Shown here: piece by piece, positions 37,362-44,999 of the stretch
Layout: each line of letters begins with the position of its first letter
Position numbering within the stretch: the first letter of the stretch is position 1
Source: a virus
Lineage: Duplodnaviria; Caudoviricetes
IMG/VR virus record: IMGVR_UViG_2593339134_000001
Strand: one strand, 5' to 3'
DNA length: 64,000 nucleotides
Position numbers and translations under genes: made by a program
Notes under the pieces: generated by a model
What the model was told of the DNA's origin: nothing
Databases searched by the model: none
Seen by the model: the letters and a program-made list of their open reading frames with translations, nothing else

Positions 37362-38204
37362 ATGCCAACCTACGCTATCCGGGTGGACCTGTCCGCCCTA
37401 ATCGAAGCCATCCCCTGCGTCATCGACGAAAGCGTGCTGCCGCGCCTGGCCCTAGCCGTCCGTAAATTTGCCGAGCAAGCTGAACTGGACTGGAAAGAGG
37501 ATGTTCTGCGAGCCCACGGCGTCTGGATCGACCATAAGAAGCAGTATGCCGCCTCCATCCAAACCCGCCAACTCGGGCCATTCTCCTACGAGGTGTTCAG
37601 CGACCTCAAACTGGCCGAGGCAATCGAAACCGGACGCCCGGCCTACGACCTCAAGCGGATGCTGGATTCGTCGCTCAAGGTCCGCCGGACCAAGGACGGG
37701 CGGCGCTACCTCATCATCCCGTTCCGCCACAACACGCCGGGTAACGACGCCCTGGCCCGCCCGATGCCCCAGGACATCTACAAAATCGTGGGGAAGAAGG
37801 GTTTTGGGAAGTCGCTTATCACGGGCGTCGGCTGGCGCAATTCCGGCACGGGGGCGTTATCCACCCAAACGCGGCGCGGCCACAACCAAACCAAGGGCGA
37901 AGCGGTGCGCGTGGCGACCCGGAAATATGTGTGGGGCGACCGCCTGCCCGCCGGATTGGCCGGAAAACTCAAGCCGCATCATGCCACGGACATCTACGCC
38001 GGCATGGTCCGCATGAACACCAGCAGCGGCAAGCAAAAGTCCTCGAAGTACCTGACGTTCCGCGTGATGCGGGAGGGCGTTCCGAAGTGGATCATCCCGG
38101 CCCGGCCCGGCCTCAACATCGCCCAGGGCGTGGCGGATCGGCTGCGGCCCTTGGCGGAGGAGGCGTTCAGGGAGGCGGTGGTTCGGTCGGTGGAGGAGGC
38201 GTAA
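37362..38204 (+). CDS. Neck/tail-completion protein
   Basis: 'IE.G...YDLK', 'YL.IPFRH.TPG', 'YLTFR......WI.P' pattern. Confidence 0.65.
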   Translation: MPTYAIRVDLSALIEAIPCVIDESVLPRLALAVRKFAEQAELDWKEDVLRAHGVWIDHKKQYAASIQTRQLGPFSYEVFSDLKLAEAIETGRPAYDLKRMLDSSLKVRRTKDGRRYLIIPFRHNTPGNDALARPMPQDIYKIVGKKGFGKSLITGVGWRNSGTGALSTQTRRGHNQTKGEAVRVATRKYVWGDRLPAGLAGKLKPHHATDIYAGMVRMNTSSGKQKSSKYLTFRVMREGVPKWIIPARPGLNIAQGVADRLRPLAEEAFREAVVRSVEEA

Positions 38205-38236
38205 AGCGTGGCCGCGTCCTTGCGGCTGGCGGCGGA

Positions 38237-38662
38237 TCAAGCCACATGCAGTTCCAGCCGCTTGCCCACGGCGGAAAAAGCCTTAGCCAAGGTGTCGATC
38301 TTGGTGGCGTGGTGCAAATCCATGATCCGGGTCATTTCCTGAGGCTTGACGCCAATCGCCCTTGCCAAATCGGCTGGACGGATTTGCTTTTCGATCATTT
38401 CGTTAAGCAACATTACCTTGGCGCTCATGGAAAGCGGTAGTTCGACCCATTCCTCACCCGCTTCCGCCGGGCTGGGTTCGGGAACGCGGCGGCTGTCCTC
38501 GATATAGAAATCCATCGCCGAGATGAGTACATCCAAAGCCATTCCACGCGCCTCTTCCAGGGTAAGCCCTTGGGTGACGGCTTCGGGAATATCCCGGAAG
38601 CTTACAAAATAAATCCCTTTCTCGTCGGGTTCAAAATGTGCCGGAAATTTAAGCATGGTCAT
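38237..38662 (-). CDS. hicB: HicB antitoxin
   Basis: 'YFVSF.DIPEA.TQG.T.EEA..MA.D.L' plus C-terminal HTH. Confidence 0.92.
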   Translation of the reverse strand: MTMLKFPAHFEPDEKGIYFVSFRDIPEAVTQGLTLEEARGMALDVLISAMDFYIEDSRRVPEPSPAEAGEEWVELPLSMSAKVMLLNEMIEKQIRPADLARAIGVKPQEMTRIMDLHHATKIDTLAKAFSAVGKRLELHVA

Positions 38663-38760
38663 TATATCCTGGTGTTTTTAAGTCGTATCTCTAAATGCCG
38701 GTTATGGTGCCCGGCGGCCTTTGCAAGTAACTCCTCCCCCCTGACGGAGGGAGCATTTGT

Positions 38761-38934
38761 TTAAATACCTAGCTGGCTTAGAATCGCTTTTCGTAGTTTT
38801 TCGTTCAGTTCCTGGCTGGGGTGTCTCGGTAGAAAGGAGACTTGCCCTTTATAGGTTAGTTTCCAGTGGTTGGTGGCGTTTGTCACCACCACACCTTTCG
38901 ACTCAAGCCACCGTTTGAACTCGCTTACTTTCAC
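38761..38934 (-). CDS. hicA: HicA toxin (57 aa, below the ORF-track cut-off)
   Basis: Hand translation from GTG 38934: MKVSEFKRWLESKGVVVTNATNHWKLTYKGQVSFLPRHPSQELNEKLRKAILSQLGI; directly upstream of hicB. Confidence 0.9.
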   Translation of the reverse strand: MKVSEFKRWLESKGVVVTNATNHWKLTYKGQVSFLPRHPSQELNEKLRKAILSQLGI

Positions 38935-38966
38935 ATTACCCCCTTCGTTATTATGTTGGAATAAAT

Positions 38967-38986
38967 TATAAACTAAAAAGTTTATA
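38967..38986. promoter_or_regulatory. Palindromic operator upstream of hicA
   Basis: TATAAACT-AAAA-AGTTTATA. Confidence 0.6.
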
Positions 38987-39045
38987 GCGTGAATGGCTTT
39001 GTTTAAAGCTGGGCGGGTGGGATTTTAAGCGGGGATTGGGGGGTT

Positions 39046-39684
39046 GGGGCCGCGTCCTTGCGGCGGGGGTTCCTCAGTGGAGCGGGAGGGATTCCTGGCG
39101 CGGGATGCGCGCCGCCAGTTGGTGGAAGGCCTTGTCGCGGATGGCGAGCGCGGCGCTGCCTTCGCCCAGCTTGGGTTCGGCCACGGCGGCCATGGCTTGC
39201 AGGATGGCGGCGGGCAGCTCCCGCCGTGTCTCGTGGACCGGGACGTGCAGGGTTTGCAGCAGGGCCAATTCCAGGTTGAGGCAGGTCCACCACAGGCGGT
39301 AGGCCTGTCCGTGGAAGGCTTCCAGCAGGTTCAGCAATTCGTCGAGGCGGTCGGCGGGGATGTCGCGGACGTTGCCGACGCCGAACTTGGCCCGGAGGTG
39401 GGTGTGGATGCGGGGGCTGATCTGCTGGTTGGAGCGGTTGAGGTAGCGCCCCAGGCTGCGGGTGTATTCGCCCACCACCCATTGCGCGATCTCGCCCAGG
39501 GGCGCGGGGGCGGGCTGGGCCGCTTCGGGGTGGACATAGCGCCCGGTCTTGCGGATGGCCGGGAGGACTTCCGCAGTCACCCACTTCTTGAACTTCTTGG
39601 CCTCGGGCTTGCGACTGGTGAGGATCAGGGAGTAGAGGCCGGATTCGTTGATGAGGGTCATTTCCTGGGGGCCGCCAGGGGTGT
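39046..39684 (-). repeat. 639-bp inverted repeat, left copy (partner 49110-49748)
   Basis: Reverse complement matches 49110-49748 almost exactly (one synonymous difference noticed). Confidence 0.95.
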
Positions 39685-39874
39685 GCATAGTATGCACTCC
39701 CTTTTCGTCATCATCTAAACGGCGCAGGTTGCTGGCTGGGTGGGCGAATTCGAGGACGGCGCAGACATCGTTTGCGACGAACCAAGGTTCGCCCTCAATG
39801 ACAAAAACGCGGATTTCGGTAGTGGTGTAGGGAAAAACGGTGGGTGCGGACGCACCTTGGGCGTGGTTGCTCAT
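39074..39874 (-). CDS. BRO-N antirepressor-like protein
   Basis: 'GEPWFVA.DVC..L', 'TPGG.QEM..INESGLYSLIL.SRKPEAK.FK.WVT.EVLP.IRKTG.Y'. Confidence 0.92.
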   Translation of the reverse strand: MSNHAQGASAPTVFPYTTTEIRVFVIEGEPWFVANDVCAVLEFAHPASNLRRLDDDEKGVHTMHTPGGPQEMTLINESGLYSLILTSRKPEAKKFKKWVTAEVLPAIRKTGRYVHPEAAQPAPAPLGEIAQWVVGEYTRSLGRYLNRSNQQISPRIHTHLRAKFGVGNVRDIPADRLDELLNLLEAFHGQAYRLWWTCLNLELALLQTLHVPVHETRRELPAAILQAMAAVAEPKLGEGSAALAIRDKAFHQLAARIPRQESLPLH

Positions 39875-39929
39875 GACAAGCTCCGATTGATTGCTACTTG
39901 GAGCCGCCGCGTCTCGCTGCTAAACGAGA

Positions 39930-40011
39930 TGGCGACGGGATGCACTGGGTTAGCAGACCGGCTCAATCGGACACCGGCAGACCTCGCGATCTCCCAGCGC
40001 ATCCCGCCATA
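39930..40011 (-). ncRNA. c4: C4-type (P1 c4 / P4 CI-like) antisense RNA
   Basis: Cloverleaf TATGGCGGGATGCGCTGGG-AGATCGCGAGGTCT-GCCGG..CCGG-TCTGCTAA-CCCAGTGCATCCCGTCGCCA; its CTGCTAA and CCGATTGA elements have complementary targets on both sides. Confidence 0.85.
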
Positions 40012-40024
40012 GAATGGGACCATA

Positions 40025-40060
40025 GGCACAAAAAAAGCGCCCATGGCAAAGAAGGCGCTT
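40025..40060 (-). terminator. Attenuator terminator in the C4 leader
   Basis: AAGCGCC..GGCGCTTTTTTT on the minus strand between the a1/b1 targets and the RNA. Confidence 0.65.
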
Positions 40061-40121
40061 GCGCACCGATTGAAATCTCAGGCTGCTAAACCCGGCCAGC
40101 GAAATTTACCGTGGCTGGGGT

Positions 40122-40151
40122 AGCGTAAGCGGATTTTTGGATTGGTGTCAA
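40122..40151 (-). promoter_or_regulatory. Sigma70-like promoter of the c4-antirepressor operon
   Basis: TTGACA-N18-TACGCT. Confidence 0.65.
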
Positions 40152-40274
40152 TGTGAATATTTACGTTGACGGGGAGGTGGGGGTGTTGCAGCCTTTTAAC
40201 TGACACATTCGTATAGCACTCCAAATCCGGGTGTTAGACGGCTAGCTAGCTATTATAGTAAGGCGCATTGGAAT

Positions 40275-40736
40275 ATGCCGGAAAACGAAGCTCTGAAATA
40301 TCTTGAAGATGAACTTGCTAAACAGGCTTTAAGCTTTGATGATAGCCGGAAATTCTATAGACGGAACTACTTCTACTATACATTAGCAACCGCCTCCCTA
40401 TCTGCGCTTACAACTATTCTTATTGGAATTGGGCAAAGTTATGAATCTAAATTACTCTCAGTAATTTCTCTTATAACTAGTGCAAGTATTACAGTTGTGG
40501 CGGCTTGGGACGGGTTTTTACGTTCACGAGAGCTATGGGTTCAAAAAACAGATACTTGGATGGCATTGCAGAATCTTGATGCGAATATTAAATACGCCAA
40601 AGCAAAATCTGGAGGGGTTCTCGCTGAGAGTCAAATCGATGATTTTTATCAACGCTTTGATAAAATCCTTATGGGAGAACATGAGCTTTGGAAGAAAGTT
40701 CGCAGCACACAAACTGAAAGCACGAAGAAATCATGA
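40275..40736 (+). CDS. SLATT/DUF4231-like two-TM protein
   Basis: Two hydrophobic helices then 'F....E.W......L..L....Y' and 'I...E...W'; AT-rich. Confidence 0.75.
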   Translation: MPENEALKYLEDELAKQALSFDDSRKFYRRNYFYYTLATASLSALTTILIGIGQSYESKLLSVISLITSASITVVAAWDGFLRSRELWVQKTDTWMALQNLDANIKYAKAKSGGVLAESQIDDFYQRFDKILMGEHELWKKVRSTQTESTKKS

Positions 40737-40909
40737 TGCATCGTAAGTTCGATAGGGTGTACATGTATATATACCCGCCGCATTCTAGCAGGTTAAACCA
40801 GCCTAAAACCCAACCCATACCCACCATGAAAACCGCAGACCTCAAGCGCTTGATGGGCGAGGTGCTGGCCTCCCTTCCGGCCCCCTATTCCGAACACATC
40901 ACATAACCC

Positions 40910-41548
40910 ATGCCAAATATAATCTATGTGCTTACCAATGAAGCCATGCCTAACATGGTTAAAATCGGGCTAACCAACGACAGCGTGGAAACACGGATTG
41001 CCCAACTCAGTTCGCATTCAGGTGTTCCGTTGCCGTTTGAGTGTTATTTCGCCGCTGAAGTCAATGACTGCGTCAAACTGGAAAAAACCCTCCATCAGCT
41101 TTTCTCGGAAAACCGCGTCAATCCAAAAAGGGAGTTTTTTAAAATCGACCCGGAAAAAGTGGTGCTTGCCATAAGCATCGGGGATTTTACGGAAGTCACC
41201 CCCGGAGTGGCCGAATTCGATAAGGAAGAACAAGCCGCCCTTGAGAAGGCAAAGGCGCGTCGTCCCAGGCTCAAGCTCGACGCTTTGGGCATCAAGCCTG
41301 GGGATGTCCTTACCTGCTCGCGGGATGAAACGCTTACCGCCACGGTAGTCGATGGCGGAAAAGTAGACTTCCAAGGGGAAACCCTTAGCCTTTCAGCGGC
41401 GGCCCTTAAGGCGCTCCATAGTCTGGGTTACAAAACACCTTCCGCAAGTGGTTCGGATTATTGGATATTCGATGGCGAATTGCTTGACGAAAGACGCCGC
41501 CGTATGGAAGCGGAGCAATTCGACGAAACTTTGCCCGTCAATGCCTGA
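40910..41548 (+). CDS. GIY-YIG (T5orf172-like) nuclease with RAMA-like C-terminal domain
   Basis: 'IYVLTN.AMP.MVKIG.T....E.R..QL...GVP.PF', 'EK.LH', 'REFF'; C-terminal 'V.F.GE..SLS.AA......SG..YW..DG..L...R'. Confidence 0.8.
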   Translation: MPNIIYVLTNEAMPNMVKIGLTNDSVETRIAQLSSHSGVPLPFECYFAAEVNDCVKLEKTLHQLFSENRVNPKREFFKIDPEKVVLAISIGDFTEVTPGVAEFDKEEQAALEKAKARRPRLKLDALGIKPGDVLTCSRDETLTATVVDGGKVDFQGETLSLSAAALKALHSLGYKTPSASGSDYWIFDGELLDERRRRMEAEQFDETLPVNA

Positions 41549-41760
41549 CTTGATATAGGCGTATATGGGGGACGCATTTTTCCCGTGCGTCGTTATCGCC
41601 GGTCCGCTGCTATTGCGCCGATACCCCTTGGCGGGCTTGATTATGCGGCATTGGAGGCGGGGCTAGATGGCTTTTAGTTTTTTAGCCTTCCCTGTCATGA
41701 GTAAGGTTCCGCCACCCGTCAGCGGTTTTGAAGACTTGTTTTCACATTAAAGGGATCAAC

Positions 41761-42222
41761 ATGCAGGATGGAAAACATGCCGGAAATGTCGTATTGCTCC
41801 GGGGCGCTACATTATGGATATTGATGGCTTTATTGCTGGCGTGGTGCATGGTGGGGCTATATCACAAAACACCCTACCTTGACGTGATATTCGCTGGTAA
41901 ATTCATGAGGCTATTGCAGGCGCACATCGATTTTCTGCTGATGAGCGCTCTAATTCTGGGGTTTTATGCCGCTAAAGTGCCACTGCCCTGGCATGTGTGC
42001 TGGGCCATGGTGGTAGGTGGATTCACCAATTCCAGCCTGTTTCTGTTGCAAGCCATTTTCCCCGCACTTGATCCTACAATGGCCGCTCAAGTGCCTTCGA
42101 TCGGCATCTGGTCGCAGGTGTTCGAAGTCTACCTCTTTGCCAGTCTCATCACGACCAGCTATGGCTTTGGCAAAGGGGCTGTGGTTATTTTTCGATCCAC
42201 GCTCAAGAGCAATACCCATTAA
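41761..42222 (+). CDS. Integral membrane protein (about 4 TM)
   Basis: Four hydrophobic segments, 'QAHID.L.M' His motif. Confidence 0.7.
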   Translation: MQDGKHAGNVVLLRGATLWILMALLLAWCMVGLYHKTPYLDVIFAGKFMRLLQAHIDFLLMSALILGFYAAKVPLPWHVCWAMVVGGFTNSSLFLLQAIFPALDPTMAAQVPSIGIWSQVFEVYLFASLITTSYGFGKGAVVIFRSTLKSNTH

Positions 42223-42243
42223 AAATTACCGAAAGGAAAAAAT

Positions 42244-42636
42244 ATGATAGGTATTTTTGGAGACCATTCTGGCCAATTTTTATCAATCGTGGGCTGGTTG
42301 ATTATGGTGGCTTTTGCCATACCTATCACCCTCTGGCCATTTCAGTGGGCAAAAGCGGTGGGATGGGAGATTCCGAATCAAACCGATTTAGCCCTATACT
42401 TCGGGCGATGTTTGGGTTGCGTGGGGGGCGCCGTTGCGTTATTTAGCATTTTGGCTGCGAACAGCCCGTTGGTGCAACCGTTCTATTTTAAACTCTTACT
42501 TACGATCTGGGCTTTAATGGTCATACTTCATATTTATGGAGCCATTAAGCAAATCCAGCCAGCTCTTGAAACCTATGAGATTGGTTTTTGGTTTGGATTG
42601 TTTTTACTCACGTTATGCTTTTTCCCAATCGGGTAA
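42244..42636 (+). CDS. Integral membrane protein (about 4 TM)
   Basis: AAGGA RBS; four hydrophobic segments. Confidence 0.7.
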   Translation: MIGIFGDHSGQFLSIVGWLIMVAFAIPITLWPFQWAKAVGWEIPNQTDLALYFGRCLGCVGGAVALFSILAANSPLVQPFYFKLLLTIWALMVILHIYGAIKQIQPALETYEIGFWFGLFLLTLCFFPIG

Positions 42637-42762
42637 TCAACAGGATGCCGGTGGATGGCAGGCCTGGAGCCTGGATTTTCCTCATGGGGTATCGGCCTCG
42701 CCTCACAGGCCGTTCCAGGGGACCCCGCTATCGCTCCCCCCCTGAACTCGGTCGTTAGGCAC

Positions 42763-43089
42763 ATGGAAACATCCCTCGTCCAAGCCGCCAAGCTTGCCAT
42801 TGTTAGCGCAACCGGGCTCTCGAAAGACGCGCTCCATATCTACGTCGGCCTGACAGTGTATTGGGTCACTACACTGGCGATTGGCAAACATACACGCGCG
42901 TTCCACCCTCTTCTGATCGTCGTGTTCATCGCCTGTCTCGGTGAAATGCTGGACATGCGCGACGACATTAGCAGCCTGGGGTATTGGCGGTGGAGCGCGA
43001 GCCTACATGACGTCGTCAACACTTCATTTTGGCCCTTCGTTCTATACCTCATCGGGCGCAGAGCTTCGGCTTTTTCTCGCCACGATTAG
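42763..43089 (+). CDS. Small membrane protein
   Basis: 'GLSKDALHIYVGL...GE..D...S..DV.NT.FWP'; start 3 nt after a GTTAGGC site. Confidence 0.65.
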   Translation: METSLVQAAKLAIVSATGLSKDALHIYVGLTVYWVTTLAIGKHTRAFHPLLIVVFIACLGEMLDMRDDISSLGYWRWSASLHDVVNTSFWPFVLYLIGRRASAFSRHD

Positions 43090-43304
43090 AGCGGCTCTCA
43101 TATCACTGTAGGGAATAGCCGCAATGCGCGACCAATAGCGGGCGTCGGCTAGGACGCTGGCGCACCGGGCCAGCGATGCCAAGCCGCCGGGGTTCCACCA
43201 TGCCTCAAGCACCTATCCGGCGGTGGTGCCCAGGATACTGATTTGCTCCCTGGGATACCGCCGGTCCGGGGGTATCCGATACCTGCGGACCGGCCAACAC
43301 ATAC

Positions 43305-43622
43305 TCAAACCTCCTCGAAATCATCCGGCATATCCTCCTCCCCACCGGATGATCCCCCTTCCTCGCGGTCCAATTCCGCGAATTCCGCCTCTAGCGCATC
43401 CGCATCGAAATCCTCGTCCTCGTGAATCTCGATACCCTGCCCGGCATTGAGCCTTTCGGTGAATTGGTGGGCGTAGAACTCGGTGAGGATTTCTTCCGGC
43501 GTAAGGGCCAGAAAACGCGGATCATTGGGCGGGACGCGGTAGAACGCCCGGAACCAAACCTCAGCCGTCCCCGCCAGTCTCAGGGCTTTCCGCTTCGCCT
43601 GGGCATCCTGCCTCCGGCGGAA
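43305..43622 (-). CDS. Frameshift extension of the tail assembly chaperone (gpT-like)
   Basis: Open frame without a usable start: FRRRQDAQAKRKALRLAGTAEVWFRAFYRVPPNDPRFLALTPEEILTEFYAH...DDFEEV*; entered at TTTTTTC. Confidence 0.7.
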   Translation of the reverse strand, partial: FRRRQDAQAKRKALRLAGTAEVWFRAFYRVPPNDPRFLALTPEEILTEFYAHQFTERLNAGQGIEIHEDEDFDADALEAEFAELDREEGGSSGGEEDMPDDFEEV

Positions 43623-43935
43623 AAAAGGCTTCCTGCGCCTCGATCAACGCCCAAAGCTCCAACACCTTGGCGTTGAACCGGCTGTCCCGGCGCGGGAACC
43701 GCTCATGGCCCTCCCAGCCCTTCGGCGTCTTCACCGCGCACACCTCGATCCAGGCCGCGACCTGGGCCATGCGGCCATGCCCGACCGAGGGCACCCTGTA
43801 GCCCACGAGGTTGTTGACGAATGTTTCCATCTGGGCCTGATCTCCCCACCCCGGTCGCCGGAAGATGAAATCGCCCACGCCGGGCAGGGCGACTAGGAAT
43901 TGGCTGTCGGAGAATTGCGCTTGTGGTTGGGCCAT
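43561..43935 (-). CDS. Tail assembly chaperone (gpG-like)
   Basis: 124 aa from ATG 43935 in the sheath-tube operon, with a slippery T6 run near its end. Confidence 0.65.
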   Translation of the reverse strand: MAQPQAQFSDSQFLVALPGVGDFIFRRPGWGDQAQMETFVNNLVGYRVPSVGHGRMAQVAAWIEVCAVKTPKGWEGHERFPRRDSRFNAKVLELWALIEAQEAFFPPEAGCPGEAESPETGGDG

Positions 43936-44219
43936 GCGAGGTATGAATTTGAAGGGTGGAAGTCGGCCCGGCGGCGGTCCACGAGGCCGTGGATCAACGC
44001 GCCGAGCAGGAGCGGATAGACGTGCCAGGGAATCCGGGCGAAACCGTCGAAACAGGGCGATGCGGCCATGATGAACGCGCCCACGGCCATCAGGAGGCAA
44101 GCCATGCGGATCATGGGACTGGTTCCCCCATCGGCCCGGTTGAGTTGGGCCAAGGCCCGGACCATCAGCGGCAGGCCGACGACCTCGGCCAGGACGATGT
44201 GCAGCCAATCAGCGCCCAC
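43893..44219 (-). CDS. Membrane protein adjacent to holin
   Basis: GTG 44219 with GGAGG RBS; three hydrophobic segments. Confidence 0.55.
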   Translation of the reverse strand: MGADWLHIVLAEVVGLPLMVRALAQLNRADGGTSPMIRMACLLMAVGAFIMAASPCFDGFARIPWHVYPLLLGALIHGLVDRRRADFHPSNSYLAWPNHKRNSPTANS

Positions 44220-44553
44220 GGTGCCCCTCCCCCTTGGACGGCAGTCTCCAGACTGCCGAACCGGCCACGATGCGCCGGGCAAGGTTGTGCCCGACCAAGC
44301 CGATCAAGAAGGCCACGCCCAGGTCCGAATGCGGCGGGACGACGATATGGGTACCCACCAGCCTTTCCAGGTTGGCCGTCACCAGCGGCGTGAAATAGCA
44401 GGCGCTGAGGTAGCCGGACGAGATGCTGGGCACCCAGCCCCACCGGCCCTGGAACGGCGATAGCGTGAGGGCCACCGCCGCGCCCAAGAAGGCGGCGATG
44501 GCAACCCCATACTTGACGCCCAGGACGCTGTTGACGCCTTCCATATCCATCAT
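44209..44553 (-). CDS. Putative holin
   Basis: 'A.FLGA.VAL', 'A.YFTP.V', 'AFLIGL.G'; Met-Met-Asp-Met start. Confidence 0.7.
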   Translation of the reverse strand: MMDMEGVNSVLGVKYGVAIAAFLGAAVALTLSPFQGRWGWVPSISSGYLSACYFTPLVTANLERLVGTHIVVPPHSDLGVAFLIGLVGHNLARRIVAGSAVWRLPSKGEGHRGR

Positions 44554-44556
44554 GGG

Positions 44557-44982
44557 CTAGAGGCCGGTGCCCGCGGTCGTGAGGCAGCGGAAACTGGCCC
44601 GGCTCGATATGACGCTGCTCGCCCGGACATCGACGCTGCCGGATTCGAAAGTGGCACCGCGATGGACAAGCAACGGTTCCCCGGTCTCCTTATCCAAGAC
44701 CACGATGTCGAACACCACCCCTTGCAGCGCCGCCGCCCCGTTCTCGGGTTGCAGCCCCTGGTCCTTCAAGCTGGTCCGGCGCAGGACCATCTGTTCGACG
44801 CTGACCCGGTATTCGGCGCGGTTCGGGATGTTTTCCACGGGATCGATGTCGCCGATCTGGTATTGCCCCTCGACGCCGAAATTGGTGTCCAGCGTGACGG
44901 AGCGGAAGCCGCCCACGAGTTTGCCGTCCAGCAAAATCTGGTGGGTATTGGCGTGGCGGAAAATGCGGTTGGTCTGTGCCAT
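44557..44982 (-). CDS. Tail tube protein
   Basis: 'AN...I..DGK.VG', 'FG.EG.YQIG.I.P.E'; directly after the sheath gene. Confidence 0.85.
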   Translation of the reverse strand: MAQTNRIFRHANTHQILLDGKLVGGFRSVTLDTNFGVEGQYQIGDIDPVENIPNRAEYRVSVEQMVLRRTSLKDQGLQPENGAAALQGVVFDIVVLDKETGEPLLVHRGATFESGSVDVRASSVISSRASFRCLTTAGTGL

Positions 44983-44999
44983 GGTGATGATTGCCCCCT

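Noticed and set aside
40825-40906. Short ORF MKTADLKRLMGEVLASLPAPYSEHIT
   Set aside because: 26 codons, probably a truncated gene remnant; cannot be supported as a CDS
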